A stretch of 64,000 bases of DNA. Origin: a virus. Taxonomy: Duplodnaviria; Caudoviricetes. Location of the stretch: positions 1-64,000 of the IMG/VR virus record IMGVR_UViG_3300031853_000007, one strand, 5' to 3'. The notes below the pieces were generated by a model. The model searched no databases, was not told where the DNA came from, and saw only the letters and a list, made by a program, of their open reading frames with translations. A program made the position numbers and the translations under genes. Positions 37,539 to 49,279 of this stretch are shown in pieces (the first letter of the stretch is position 1; each line of letters opens with the position of its first letter).

Positions 37539-40500
37539 ACCCGAGCCAGTTTTATCTTTGAGTTTCGCTTGAAGCGCAGTCATTCCGCCGAATGCCAGAA
37601 GTCCTGTACCCAAGCCTTTCATATCTTTGAGAACATCAAGAATATCGTTGAGTCCTCCGCCGAATTTAACAACCCAGTCTAAGCCGTCCTTGACAAGCTC
37701 ACTATCCACGACGTTGGTGGAAAGCGTCTGCCAAACAGACTGGATCTGATTAAGTTTTCCTTGAATGGAGTCGAGCGCGGTTTCTAACTCGCGGTCAGCC
37801 GAACCCTCAGCCATTCCTTCGTTTAATTCCTTGACAACATCTCTTGCGGTCTCGAAGTTTTCAAGCATAGCATAAACGGTGTTAATGCCGACTTTACCGC
37901 CGAGCATTTCGCCGATTCTAGCTTGGTCTGTATCATTGAGGTCTTTCCAAACCTTAGAGAGATCGTTGAGGATATCGTATGTGCTGCGGAAACTGTGCTC
38001 GTCGAGCATGATTTCCACGCCAGAGATTGATTTGATTTCTTCTCTCAACTTCGATACCGTCATGGTCATCTCTTCGCCCTCTTCTTCGAGTTCGCTCTTC
38101 GCGCCACGAATTCGAGCAGAGATGGTCTTAAGGGATGTTCCCATCTTTTCAGGATCTTGGATAATTTCGTTACCTGCCGTTGTTAAAGCAATCGCCTCTG
38201 AAAGCGTATTATTCGCGGCGACCAAAGACGAAGCAGAACGTTGTAAGGATTCGCCTAGCCCTGAGCTGGAAACTGCAAAATTGTTCCCGACATAATTAAA
38301 TTTATCAACAATTTCCTCTGCCGTATCACCCATACTCTGATATGCCTTCATAGTAGAGATAATACTTTCACTCGCCGTACCAATATCCAAATCCTCAGCA
38401 ACCGTCTTGTACTTCGATGCAATCTCACCGAGCTTCTGTGCTTCTTCAAGCTGATAACCCAGCCTGCTGAATGTCGCCGTCGAGTCAATCTGGTCAGTTA
38501 AAGTTGTGCCGAGTGCTATCGAAGATTTCTGAACAGACTTCTGATATTTAAGAAGAGACTGTTCGGAAGCATCTGTGACCTTGCGGAGATTAACCATCGC
38601 GGTATCAACTTCTTTGACCTGAGTAACCATGTCTTTCATCAGTCGGAGACCCTGAGTGATAGTTCTCGTTACAAGCGTCCAGCCACCGAACTTCTTGAAC
38701 ATCGCAGTGAGGACACTACCAGTAGTCTTACCGTTCTTACCGGCTAATACGATTTGGGAATTAAATTCCGCGAAGTCCGCATTAAACCTTCTTAGATCGG
38801 CGTCGCTAGTTATAAGACCATTTCTAAGTCTATCCATGAAGTCCGCATACTTTGCTGCGTTTTCAGGATATGTTAGAGCCTTAGAGTTAAGCTTACCCCA
38901 TGCTTCAAGTTCGGATATTCTATTATCTATCTTTGTTTTAAGTGATACGCCCCTGTTGCTTTCTTTCTCAACTTTAGCAGATTCTTTATTTGCAGAGATA
39001 AGTTGATTAACCGCGTATCTTGCATCATTTACGTTTTCAACATAGACACCCATTGGCTCCACAAGGTTAGCCATTACCTCATCGCGGTACTTTTTAAAAT
39101 CGGACTCGGATGCAAACTGACCCGGAGAATAACTATTTAAAGAATCCTTTGTATTAAAATACCGCCCAATGGTTCTTTCTGCCTCCGCAAGGGTTCTGCC
39201 ATCACCAATCTCAACCGTATTGAGATCTATGTTATTATCTTTAGCTTGCTTAATTAACCTATCAATTTCTAGTATTTTCTTTTCTAACTTTTGGAGACCC
39301 CCGATTGCATCATCAAACGAAAGAATATCCTCCACTTCATCATCCGAATGAGATATAAGTGTATCTACCGATTTGGTTACGTTTCGCAGTGACTCATTAA
39401 CGTTATCTATCGCATCTTCCGCTGCTTTAATTCCGCTAACATCTAATTCCTGAGATAACCAATACTCCTCGGTATTTTTAACTTTCTCGATACCATCGCT
39501 AAGTCTTTTAATTGCATCGTCGTAAGCTGAGGTATCTACATGAGCATTACTAAGTTCGTCTCTTAATGCTATTAATTTTTCAAGCGCTTCTTCGGCAAAG
39601 TTTACTGACGAATCGGTGTTGAACATATCATAGTATTGAGATACAAAACTCGGAACCGAGGTGTTGTTATACTCATTATTAGCCTCAGTTAAAAACGCAT
39701 CGGCTTCCAGTAAAGCTTTAGTAGACGGGTCTTTTCTTGTTGCAACATTATTAACCTTGATTAACTTATCTCTTATTTTCTCAAGTTTAGAGAGTAAGTC
39801 TTGTACGTCGCTATCGGGCAGTAATGTATCTTCAAGACCGCCAGTAGAAGAAAGTAGAAATTGCAATTCTTTAATCTCCCGCTGTACTTCGGGTAATAAA
39901 CCTTCTGTTTCTACGAGCATTTGTCCCGCATTTCGATTAGGTAATTGTGGTGATGCAGGCTGCTTAGGAGGTTTTGGGTTACCACCGCCAGACGGAGTAT
40001 TGGATGGCGGGGTAGCAGGTACGGGTGTATTACCCGAACCATTATTGGTCACTTGTATACCATTGGAAATCTTATTATAGATACCATTAATTATAGCCTT
40101 TGCTTCTTTGATATCCTGCTTGGTTTCATCTACATCCTCGAATATAAGGTCGGTAGAGGCAGACGCTTGTTTAACGTTATTGTCAATATCCAGAAGACTG
40201 TTGCCTATTAGTTTATACTCCGCTTCACTCCAACCTATATTATCATTAGGTTTGCTAGGTGTTATATTGTCGGGAGGATTAGAATTATCCGCATTTATAG
40301 CATAAGATTCTGCTAAACGTTCATTCTGTGCATCAATTTCTGCATCAACAAACTGTTTGATTCTATCGGCTAAGTTATTAACGCTTCTATTTGTTTCGCT
40401 AATAGCTTCACTCATTCTCTTGAAAGCTTCTTTGAGTCCCACGTTTTTGTTTGAGTTTTTATTACTTAAATCATCTGCGGTATTTTTATTGCTCTCTAAA

Positions 40501-41648
40501 TTATTGGATTCCGCAGTAGTATTATTATTTACCGCCTGAGTATTTTCAGAAATAGCATTAGCTAAATCCTGTACAATATCGCTCTTTATGACATTAGTGT
40601 CTATCTTTTCTGGTTTATATCGACTCAAATCTCTACCGGAATCCTGTCTTAGTTCATCCAGCATATCAGAGATTTTGTTTCGGTTATAAATATCGCCAAC
40701 TTGTATTTGTTTGGGCATCTTTGATGCTTCTTTTGTGCTATAAAGACCGTTTTTTACACCGAGATCAACAGCTTGGGTAAATTGATTTTTAAATTCTTTA
40801 GCTATTTGCGTAACGACTTTTTCAATGTTTCGCCCATTTATTTCCGTTCCTTCGGGTATGTATTTCAAGTCCTTTAATTTGTCAACAATTGCAACTCTTT
40901 CTTCTTTGGTAGCCGCCTTGTATTCTGCAAGAATCTCCTTTGCAATCTGAACAGAACCTACATAGTTTGTTTTAAGAACAGAGTCCACACCTTTTTTGCC
41001 AGTCTTATTATCGTCTGTAATAGGTACACGGGCTTTATTGGCATCCTTGTCTAACATACCTTCATACGCATTAGCTACATCATTAACAGTTTTTAATTTT
41101 CGAGCCATCTCATCAAATGACTCATTTATCCGTAAAACCGCTTTTTCAACATACTCAGCGCCTTTTAATGTCTTGATTTCATCAACATTAGAATCAGAAG
41201 ATTGAGACTTAATACTTGATTTAGCGGATTGTGTTTCTTTGGGTTCGGGTCTCTTTGCAACTTGCGGGACTGAATTGGAAGTATTATCCATAAACGGTGC
41301 CAAAGCTTTAATAACCTTCTTTAATTCCTTTAAATCAGATATTAGTTTCGGTAAATCACCAGCTATATTTACCTCTAAATCAATAGAATCTCCATCATAC
41401 GCAGCGTGTAATTCTTTAAATTCTGCATCTACGGATTCTGCGTCGGCTGAAATATTTAATTTTAATTCATTATCGTTTAATGCTTTTGTTAAGTCTTTTA
41501 AAAAATCATCATTGTTAGTAGAAACGTCCAATTTAATGCCTTTTTCTTCAAGTTTCTGTAAAACCTTTTCAAATTCATCAATATTTTTTGCATCTACGCT
41601 AGGTACTATTTCTAAATCAAATATACTTCCATTCATTTCATCTGCCAT
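37539..41648 (-). CDS. Tape measure protein exon 1 (spliced product about 2508 aa)
   Basis: TMP core VDTAMVNLRKVT...FSRLGY...VDKFNYVGNNFAVSS...GTSLKTISARIRG...FRSTYDIL; exons 4110+2453+964 nt = 2509 codons. Confidence 0.93.
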
Positions 41649-41659
41649 ATTATCTCACC

Positions 41660-42133
41660 TCACTTCTTCAATTCTTTTTTTAAACCTTGTTTGATTATAC
41701 TCTTCACATAATCCTTGTAATTATTAGCTATTTTCTCTTTAATAGACACTCTATCATCAATCCAAGAACTCGAAAAAGATGATAGCGGGTATATGCTACC
41801 CTCATCTATCCAATCAATCAACATAGGATTATTCGTGAATTTTGTACCAAACACGCTTTTGTTAGGCACAGTCTTGTTCAATACTCTAATTTGTACGCTA
41901 TCGCCTTGGTTGTATACACCAACAAAAGTGTTATCTGGATCAATCAAACCGCCATTTGTTCCGCGCCTTATATATTCAGTAGGAGAATATCTATGGTAAA
42001 TATACCTTTCAAGATCAGCTCTTACTACGCTAGAAACATTTGGGGCTATATCTTCCCTAAGTGTTTTTGACACCGCCTTTAAAGTCTTAGACTCTAACGC
42101 TTTCTTATAAGCATCAGCATTAAACTTCGCCAT
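41660..42133 (-). CDS. Tail-region protein (HK97 gp10-like)
   Basis: Y..YSP.EY.RR...GGL.D motif; position before TMP. Confidence 0.55.
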   Translation of the reverse strand: MAKFNADAYKKALESKTLKAVSKTLREDIAPNVSSVVRADLERYIYHRYSPTEYIRRGTNGGLIDPDNTFVGVYNQGDSVQIRVLNKTVPNKSVFGTKFTNNPMLIDWIDEGSIYPLSSFSSSWIDDRVSIKEKIANNYKDYVKSIIKQGLKKELKK

Positions 42134-42638
42134 TGTCCTCCGTCACCGCCTCAGATTCATCAATGGGAATCTGTTCAAGCAACTGCATAAACGACTCGCT
42201 GCCAAGAAGACCAATAAGTGTATCAAGAACCTTTGCATCGGTATTGTTACTCTGCATAGTGTACTTTACTCTATGATCTATATAATCATTGATTCCCTTT
42301 ACAACCATGTCCATGTTGGGCGCAACTTTAAGCGCAACCTCGTTATAAAATCTATTATAAAAATCCGAACAAATGAGGGTATCGAAAAGTTCGTCGATAT
42401 CATTATATTCGTTATCGTCGTTTGTCAGATTAAGCATTACCGTCATAACCGCAAAGCGTACCATCATCTCTCTACTAAGAGGACGGAAAGAGTTATCCTT
42501 TTCGTTGAACAGTGCCGCCACCGCCGCCTTAGTCATGTTCACATAATCACTATACTTAATCTTTTCCAGAACCTCGCAGCCCTCGAACGGATTATCCTTT
42601 TCCATATTTTCCTTAGACATAAACTCTTTCAGTGTCAT
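42120..42638 (-). CDS. Putative tail assembly chaperone
   Basis: Acidic helical protein between major tail protein and TMP (synteny only). Confidence 0.5.
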   Translation of the reverse strand: MTLKEFMSKENMEKDNPFEGCEVLEKIKYSDYVNMTKAAVAALFNEKDNSFRPLSREMMVRFAVMTVMLNLTNDDNEYNDIDELFDTLICSDFYNRFYNEVALKVAPNMDMVVKGINDYIDHRVKYTMQSNNTDAKVLDTLIGLLGSESFMQLLEQIPIDESEAVTEDNGEV

Positions 42639-42708
42639 AATTATTCCTCACTTTCAATTTCGTAAAATTAAGGCAGCCTCAACCACGATTGAACCTACCT
42701 TTCTTTTG

Positions 42709-43101
42709 TCACTTACGTTTCTTACGATTCCTCGGCTTCTTGTCTATCTCGGTATTGATTTCCTCAATAGCTTCGTCGAGTGTCTTGTTATCTTCAAGAT
42801 ACTCACTGAGTTCCTCCTCAGTGCGCTTTTTTACCTCTTCTTCGGGAGCCTCCAAAAGCTCGATAACTTCGTCTTTTGACTTGTCCGTCCTATTTGGTAA
42901 AACGTCAGTTTTATTCCCCTTGGAACGTGCTTCAAGAACCTCTTGAATATAAAGTTCGTAATGCTCGATGCAACAAGCAGAAGAACGCCACGAATCGGTT
43001 CTGTCACAGTAGTCGCAAGCATAATAATGTTTTGCGCCACCGTCCTCGCCGAGGTTACACTTGCTATACTTGCAAATGTGATTAGGCTTATTTATCTTCA
43101 C
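42709..43101 (-). CDS. Hypothetical Cys-rich protein
   Basis: C....C...YYAC..C....SWR..ACC..H. Confidence 0.7.
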   Translation of the reverse strand: MKINKPNHICKYSKCNLGEDGGAKHYYACDYCDRTDSWRSSACCIEHYELYIQEVLEARSKGNKTDVLPNRTDKSKDEVIELLEAPEEEVKKRTEEELSEYLEDNKTLDEAIEEINTEIDKKPRNRKKRK

Positions 43102-43171
43102 TTAATTCACCGCCTTTTTAATAATAAAGCAAACCGCCCACGAGGGGCGGCTCGCAAATATTAATTCTCGA

Positions 43172-44014
43172 TTAGTCGTCGAGAGCCTCAAACTCGGTCT
43201 TGGTCTTGATTACCTCGTCCTCGTCGTATACTACCATATCCCACAGCAGAGTGGAAGCGCCCTTAGCACAACCGCCAGACAGAGCATCAATGGAGATGTT
43301 GTGAGTCGAGAAGTCAGAACCAAAGGTCAGGCTGAATGTACCAGACATCTTAGCCTTGTAGTATGTAATCTTAGCGTGGAAGCTCTTATCGGTACAGATA
43401 TCCTTAACGAAGCAGTCGAAGATAGCCTCACCAGTCTCGGAGAACTTATTGTTCTCGTTGACAACCCTCTTACCAACCTTAGCCTTAGTGTCATAGAACG
43501 CAACGATTTCGTCGTTAGCAGAGAATACACCAGTAGGCAGAGTGATAGTCTTAGTGTCGGGGTCAAAAGCAAATGCAGTTGCAGATGCAGATGCAGCGAT
43601 AGGATACTTGTCGCCAAGAGAACCGTCGCTATTCTTCTTATAGATGTAAGCAATCTCAGCACCGGTTGCACCTACAGGATAGAACTCAGTAACAGCAGAA
43701 GTGCCGTCAGTAGTGGTCATGATATCCATGTAGTTATTAACGGTCTGTATGCCAACCTCTACGTCGCTACCAACCTGAACAGCCAGAGCACCATCAACGA
43801 TAGTACCATTGGTTGCGGTGAAAGTAGAAGTCTTGTTTCTATCGGTAGCACCGATTCTAGTACCATTCTTACCCTCAGCATAGATGGTCTCAGAGTCAAC
43901 GCTCATCTCAGCTTCCTGAAGGTCATCGAAAATGAACTTACAAACATTGTTACTCAGGTCGAACCAAGTAATGGTCTCGATACCCTGTACAAGATACTTG
44001 TCAGAAACAATCAT
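43172..44014 (-). CDS. Major tail (tube) protein
   Basis: Highly biased codon usage, beta-rich 280 aa, terminator downstream, position. Confidence 0.75.
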   Translation of the reverse strand: MIVSDKYLVQGIETITWFDLSNNVCKFIFDDLQEAEMSVDSETIYAEGKNGTRIGATDRNKTSTFTATNGTIVDGALAVQVGSDVEVGIQTVNNYMDIMTTTDGTSAVTEFYPVGATGAEIAYIYKKNSDGSLGDKYPIAASASATAFAFDPDTKTITLPTGVFSANDEIVAFYDTKAKVGKRVVNENNKFSETGEAIFDCFVKDICTDKSFHAKITYYKAKMSGTFSLTFGSDFSTHNISIDALSGGCAKGASTLLWDMVVYDEDEVIKTKTEFEALDD

Positions 44015-44017
44015 GTA

Positions 44018-44788
44018 TCATCTCTCCTTTTCTTTATCTTTGTTTTGTTTAGATATACTTCCAAACCATTCTAGTACGGAATTATCAATATCCTTAGGAT
44101 TAATCGTTCCGCCATATATGGCTTGTTTAACATAATGTGATCCGTCGCGCTTCATGACTCTATAAAAACTATCATAAAGCTGACTGATGTGAAGTTCCAT
44201 CACGCCCTCATAAGAGTAGTTCGTGTTGGGTATATTAACCAAAGAAGAAACCAAATTAGCTATATGCTGTTTAGGTTCTTTCTTCGCGTTAAACTCTTGT
44301 TTGCGCCGCATTCTCTTTATAAGGTACTTTTTAGTAGCCAGAGAACCGGGCTTAATTTCATTTTGAATTTCACTGTCAATGTAATTTATAAATCGAACAT
44401 AATCTACTATCTGTTGATAGATATTTCGGTCGATAACAACCTCGCCGTTTGTGATTATCAGTTCCTCATTTTGTGGATTCACGCCCACGCTGAATGTACC
44501 AAAGTCTAAGTCTCCAAATAAAATGCTGGAGTATTTCGGTGTAAAGCCTAACGACAAAACATTCCGTATAAATAATTCAAAGTCGGAAACTGTTTCGTAG
44601 TCAATACCTTCGTCCCAAAGATTAACCATATCGTCATACGGTCGCATAACAATGTAGTTAATCAGAGCCAGATAATTAAATTCGCCGAACTCAGAGATTT
44701 CAGCTATGGTCGGATTATGGATAATGATTTTGTCATTAATCTTGTAATCCTGACCGAGTATCAAATACTTTAACTCGTCAAGCTGCAC
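44018..44788 (-). CDS. Virion morphogenesis protein
   Basis: Position in head-tail joining block. Confidence 0.6.
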   Translation of the reverse strand: MQLDELKYLILGQDYKINDKIIIHNPTIAEISEFGEFNYLALINYIVMRPYDDMVNLWDEGIDYETVSDFELFIRNVLSLGFTPKYSSILFGDLDFGTFSVGVNPQNEELIITNGEVVIDRNIYQQIVDYVRFINYIDSEIQNEIKPGSLATKKYLIKRMRRKQEFNAKKEPKQHIANLVSSLVNIPNTNYSYEGVMELHISQLYDSFYRVMKRDGSHYVKQAIYGGTINPKDIDNSVLEWFGSISKQNKDKEKER

Positions 44789-45261
44789 AAGTCTACCTCT
44801 TGCGCCATATACCTAAGAACTCTACAACGGTGGTTCTGACCCACGCCCTCTTCCTCATTAGAAATGAGTTCAAGCGGTTTCTTGCCAAAGCCATCACGGT
44901 TGTTAAGAAGTTCTTCAATCTCTTCGCCCATCAAATCAATTCTGGTTGCACCTTCGTCTGTAATCATTTCGCCTTGATGTGAAATAACGTATATCTCAAT
45001 AACAAGTTTCTGATACAGCGAGCTACCCGAAGAAATTTCAGGCATGTAAACTCGATAACAAATGTAGTTGAGTTGCTCCTCTGGTGCTTCGGGAACGCGA
45101 ATGAAGTCAAATATATTTTTATATATCAGATCTTCTGGTAGTTCCACTTCATTATTATTTATAAGTTCAACGATCCTCTCGTCGTTGATAAATAGAGACG
45201 CTAATTGCCTCTTAAACTTAATAACAGTCTTACTGCTATTAGGTTTTTTATTCCTTGCCAT
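44770..45261 (-). CDS. Putative tail terminator/completion protein
   Basis: IEIYVISH...TRID...IEELLN pattern; synteny. Confidence 0.55.
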   Translation of the reverse strand: MARNKKPNSSKTVIKFKRQLASLFINDERIVELINNNEVELPEDLIYKNIFDFIRVPEAPEEQLNYICYRVYMPEISSGSSLYQKLVIEIYVISHQGEMITDEGATRIDLMGEEIEELLNNRDGFGKKPLELISNEEEGVGQNHRCRVLRYMAQEVDLCSLTS

Positions 45262-46268
45262 TACAATACATACACCACCTTTGCAAACAGTTCGCACGAT
45301 GCAGTATAGCTATCCGCAGACAGCTCTATTAGTACTTGCTGTTTAACTATGGACGGTTCGTAGAGTGCCTTAATCTTTAAGGCTCCGTCCTCTTCTGTAC
45401 ATTCATAATAATCCTCTGTACCCGGTACAAACGTAACGTTCCATATTGGTGTGATGCCATCTATAACATTTCCCGCGCCATCATGGAATACCGCAGTGTA
45501 TGTCTTATAGCTACCACCCACTTTAATATTGGGGTTGTCTCCCGAATACTGGATTTCGCAATTGATTCCTTCGATAATCTCTCGTTCCTCTTTATAGTCC
45601 GCAATCTGTAATTCAAGGTTATCTTTATCTTGACTTCGTTCGTCTTGCGACAGAACTATCAGTATAACGCCATGAACCATGTCGGGGTCATATACAGAGC
45701 TAACCACATTTCTATTTGTAACTACGTAGGTGTCAGGGTCTTCGAGATCAACATCGAGAATAAAACGATGATATCGTCTTATCTTCATTGTCTCGCTATC
45801 TAACGGAAGAAAGATAGTATAGTTAGTTTTAACCTTGTCTATAACTGACTTGTAACTAACACCCTGAGTGTTGGTTGCCTTTTCATCAGTAGCACACCAA
45901 CGTTCAATTATTTCACCGTCTGCGTTTTGCCAACGCAGTATTTTATTGCACTGACGGATAGTACCCTTGTACTGTACTTCACAGTCAAGGTCGGTCTCAC
46001 TTACAAGCCAATAATAACCGTCCCACAATACATAGTCACCATCATAAAAGCGTTCATCGGGCATAGAAAGAATCTTCTTAATGTGCATTGAGCTACCAGA
46101 CTCGATGAGCACATCCCGCTCTTCGTCGTTAATTGTAACGTGTTTCAAAGCAAGAGAATCATCGCTTGTAGTAACGTAATCTCTCTTAGCGCGATTCTTA
46201 TTTCTTTCCCGCATGGTGTCGCCATCGGCTGTAATTAGCTTGTCGTATAATTCCCAATTAGCTCTCAC
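45261..46268 (-). CDS. Putative head-tail joining (head closure) protein
   Basis: GDYV.W....WLV...G.IRQCN..LRW; Ig-like C-terminus; synteny. Confidence 0.6.
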   Translation of the reverse strand: MRANWELYDKLITADGDTMRERNKNRAKRDYVTTSDDSLALKHVTINDEERDVLIESGSSMHIKKILSMPDERFYDGDYVLWDGYYWLVSETDLDCEVQYKGTIRQCNKILRWQNADGEIIERWCATDEKATNTQGVSYKSVIDKVKTNYTIFLPLDSETMKIRRYHRFILDVDLEDPDTYVVTNRNVVSSVYDPDMVHGVILIVLSQDERSQDKDNLELQIADYKEEREIIEGINCEIQYSGDNPNIKVGGSYKTYTAVFHDGAGNVIDGITPIWNVTFVPGTEDYYECTEEDGALKIKALYEPSIVKQQVLIELSADSYTASCELFAKVVYVL

Positions 46269-46596
46269 GGCGATTCACCTCTTCTTTCAAATATTCGTTT
46301 AACTGATTAGATATTGAAATACACTTGAATATAGCACGTCGATACTCCGAATGTGTCATATCTTCTTGCCGAACAGATTCCAGTATACACATGATATCCA
46401 TTATCTTCGGATTGTAGTTGGTATCACACATCAAAGAATGATTCCCACCAATCTCGAAAATGAGGTCATCTAGGTACGTGTCTATCGTGTCGGAGTTAGA
46501 CTCCTTTAGAGGTAATATCTTAAAGAGCTTGTCTACCAGTCGGGATAGATAGTTGCAACAAAGAGTATCGGGAATGTCCCCGTGACGACTATTCAT
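46258..46596 (-). CDS. Hypothetical phage protein
   Basis: LFKILPLKE...RRAIFKCIS; coupled ORF. Confidence 0.65.
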   Translation of the reverse strand: MNSRHGDIPDTLCCNYLSRLVDKLFKILPLKESNSDTIDTYLDDLIFEIGGNHSLMCDTNYNPKIMDIMCILESVRQEDMTHSEYRRAIFKCISISNQLNEYLKEEVNRRES

Positions 46597-47036
46597 CTAT
46601 TCATCGCCTCTTTGAGACACTCTTTATAATCCCTATAGGAGTAAGTATAATTCACTGCTAACAGACGAGATTTCTTAACCGTATCATCATACAAAGCATT
46701 AATCTTATCAATGAGATTAGCAGGAGAATACTCAGAGTAATCCTTGGTAGAAAGTCTCTCTCTTAATATTTCGGAAGAATACAGATACGGCTTTAACCAT
46801 TCAACAAGCATGTAGTTACAGATAATATCAATCTCGACATCATCCAATTCTGCTTCAAATGAATCCTCCGTTCTGGCAGATAAATCCTTCCTACAGGTCT
46901 TGCTAAACTTAGAGCAAGCCTTGTTCATTAAAATTGTCATCCAACCGTCACGCTCCTCTTCTGTGAGCACGGTTAGTCTATGTTCAAAAATCATTGTAGT
47001 GAAATCGTCAATTATTTGTGAAAATGGAGTGCCCAT
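46593..47036 (-). CDS. Putative head-tail adaptor
   Basis: TPFS.I...F...M..EWL...KDY..YSPANL; synteny. Confidence 0.6.
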   Translation of the reverse strand: MGTPFSQIIDDFTTMIFEHRLTVLTEEERDGWMTILMNKACSKFSKTCRKDLSARTEDSFEAELDDVEIDIICNYMLVEWLKPYLYSSEILRERLSTKDYSEYSPANLIDKINALYDDTVKKSRLLAVNYTYSYRDYKECLKEAMNR

Positions 47037-47049
47037 GATAAACACCTCA

Positions 47050-47625
47050 TTAATTGTCTATCTCTAGTCCGAAAACCTCGCAAAGATATCTAACAGTCTT
47101 CATCGAATCTATCTTTCCAGAGTTGATAAGCTCAGAAGCCTTGTACGCAAATGTGTCGTGCAGACCCTTGGGGAGACTATTAAGTGTAACCTGCATCTCT
47201 TCCAGAGGGAGTTCAAATACACCATCAAAATCCTCATAGGAGGGGATATTCTTATAGTAGCCATCCACACCAAGATATCTGAGAATATCTTCATCAATAC
47301 CAACCCAATTCTTAGAGAAGAACTTAGGCTGAGAGTTTCTCATAGTTATAAGTTCACCAAGCTCAATCTCTTCGATGTCGCCGGGATTACTCCACACAAT
47401 CTTATAACCATTCTGTCTCTTACTAATGTAAATCAGCTTGCCCGCAGTGAGATTCTGACACTCAACCAACATATCATTGGGGAGCTTTTCGCGTCTCTTT
47501 GGGGTAGTAACCTTAGTCTTCTTCTTGGTTGTCGCCTTAGTCTCGACTACTTCCTCCTCTACGGGAGCAACAGTCTCAACTTCCTTTGTAGACTTAGTAG
47601 TCTTTGCAGTATTTCTTGTAGCCAT
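47050..47625 (-). CDS. Hypothetical protein downstream of major capsid
   Basis: ORF with AGGAG RBS and biased codons. Confidence 0.7.
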   Translation of the reverse strand: MATRNTAKTTKSTKEVETVAPVEEEVVETKATTKKKTKVTTPKRREKLPNDMLVECQNLTAGKLIYISKRQNGYKIVWSNPGDIEEIELGELITMRNSQPKFFSKNWVGIDEDILRYLGVDGYYKNIPSYEDFDGVFELPLEEMQVTLNSLPKGLHDTFAYKASELINSGKIDSMKTVRYLCEVFGLEIDN

Positions 47626-47701
47626 TATTCATTTCTCCTTTTTTTCTTTCAATAATAAAATAGGGACGCAAAATATAGTGCGCCCCTATAATAAGTTTTA
47701 A

Positions 47702-48718
47702 TTATGCCATGTCGTAAACGCCGATCTTACCAGTCTGTACAACACCAACACCGTATCTATCAATGTAGGTGTAATCCTGAGAGAGGTCAGCATTATCGAG
47801 AGGATTGCCGAGATAAGAGAAAGGCTCACCCTCGTTAATAACCTTGATGGGCTTCTCGTCGCCAGCAATTATGTACAGCTTATCGTTATCGAAGATAAAC
47901 TGGTTGGTACCGGGCTTGTAAGCCTGTCTGATATAAACAGTGTCGGTACCATAGAACTTGCCAAAGTAACCCATGTTATAAAGGTCAGACTTAGCCTCGT
48001 TGGACATGCTAGTAGCAGGATCAACGTTTATCTTAGCCAGAGCGGACTTAGTACCGTAAATCTTAGCGGTCTTGCCAGTAGCAGCCTCTACACGGTCAAC
48101 CAGCTCTCTCAGATCCTCTGCATCATAGCTACCAGTGGAAGGGGGTGCATAGGAGCTTGCGGTGCCTACAGCAGCAGCGAAAGCGTTGAAGCAATCGGTA
48201 AGAATAGCCTGCTTGAAGGACTCAGCAACCTTGTTAATGAAGTAATTCATATCAACCTTACCAGACAGAACTCTATCCAGCTCGTCATAAATCTTGACAG
48301 CCTTGGGAGTAGTCTTGATTCGGATATGCTCACCATCGAGGAATCTCTGTCTGCGGATACCCTGAGTGCCACGAGCAACCTCGGATACGAAGAAGAGGGA
48401 GTTATCCTCGATATAGAAATCGTTCTCGTCGCCCAGAGCAACGCTCTTGAACTCTACGAGGTTAGTGAAGAACTCGTCGCCAGTAAAGCCCTCAACGACA
48501 GTCTTCTGGAGAATGGTCTCAACGATGCTAAACAGACCCTTGCACTCGCCATCGCGGATAGCCTTGATGTTGAGCTTAGTGGAACCGTTGTTAGCCTCAA
48601 TAAGAGCCTTTCTGAGAACGGACATGCTGTCCTTTACGGAGTAATCCTTAACAGGAACTCCATTGTATGCGTCAACTGCGAGATTTATAATATCATCTCT
48701 GGTATATTCATTAGCCAT
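47702..48718 (-). CDS. Major capsid protein
   Basis: 338 aa, strongest codon bias, follows scaffold and decoration genes, terminator at ~47660-47690. Confidence 0.85.
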   Translation of the reverse strand: MANEYTRDDIINLAVDAYNGVPVKDYSVKDSMSVLRKALIEANNGSTKLNIKAIRDGECKGLFSIVETILQKTVVEGFTGDEFFTNLVEFKSVALGDENDFYIEDNSLFFVSEVARGTQGIRRQRFLDGEHIRIKTTPKAVKIYDELDRVLSGKVDMNYFINKVAESFKQAILTDCFNAFAAAVGTASSYAPPSTGSYDAEDLRELVDRVEAATGKTAKIYGTKSALAKINVDPATSMSNEAKSDLYNMGYFGKFYGTDTVYIRQAYKPGTNQFIFDNDKLYIIAGDEKPIKVINEGEPFSYLGNPLDNADLSQDYTYIDRYGVGVVQTGKIGVYDMA

Positions 48719-48743
48719 TATTGTTATCTCCTTTCTTATTAAA

Positions 48744-49256
48744 TTACTTAATTCTGATTACGAAGTAAGTCTTAGAACCAACTACCTCGACATCAATGAT
48801 AGTACCTACGCCATCAGCGGCAGTAGCGGTGTACTCCCACTTAGTAGTAGTACCCAGCTTAACATACTTGCCCTTTGCAGTGGAAGCAGTAGCGGGAAGG
48901 TTGTTGATAGCGGGTGCAGTTACAGAGAACACGTCGCCAGTCTCAAGGAGATATACTCTCTGAGGCTCGCCGTCTGCCTTGTTGATGAAGTCGGTGAGAT
49001 CGTCAACCAGAACAGTAGCGTCCTTGTTAATCTCTACGGATGCAACGAGACCAACAGTCTTGATGGTATCAGAAGCAGTAGGTGCAGTAGTCTTAAACAC
49101 CTCTCTATCAAGCAGCTCATCGGTAACATGTACAACATTACCATTCTGAATGTCAGTAGCAGTGGTGTCTACATAATATCTTGCGGACAGGAGCTTAGAA
49201 GCATCTGCGGTGCCAGTAACCCTGTCGAGTCGTACAACAGCGTAATTATTAGCCAT
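48744..49256 (-). CDS. Capsid decoration/cement protein
   Basis: 170 aa, Thr/Ala-rich, NG.VV and GDVFSV motifs, between scaffold and MCP. Confidence 0.7.
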   Translation of the reverse strand: MANNYAVVRLDRVTGTADASKLLSARYYVDTTATDIQNGNVVHVTDELLDREVFKTTAPTASDTIKTVGLVASVEINKDATVLVDDLTDFINKADGEPQRVYLLETGDVFSVTAPAINNLPATASTAKGKYVKLGTTTKWEYTATAADGVGTIIDVEVVGSKTYFVIRIK

Positions 49257-49279
49257 TTTATTTTCCTCCTTTTTAAAAT

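Noticed and set aside
33286-37539. Exon-2 skipping to give a short-tail TMP isoform
   Set aside because: Intron phases differ (0 and 2), so joining exon 1 to exon 3 shifts the frame.
32323-41648. TMP (and likewise nrdD and the RNAP gene) as pseudogenes or as evidence of stop-codon recoding
   Set aside because: Each break is explained by a group I intron with an in-frame junction; other genes read normally in the standard bacterial code.
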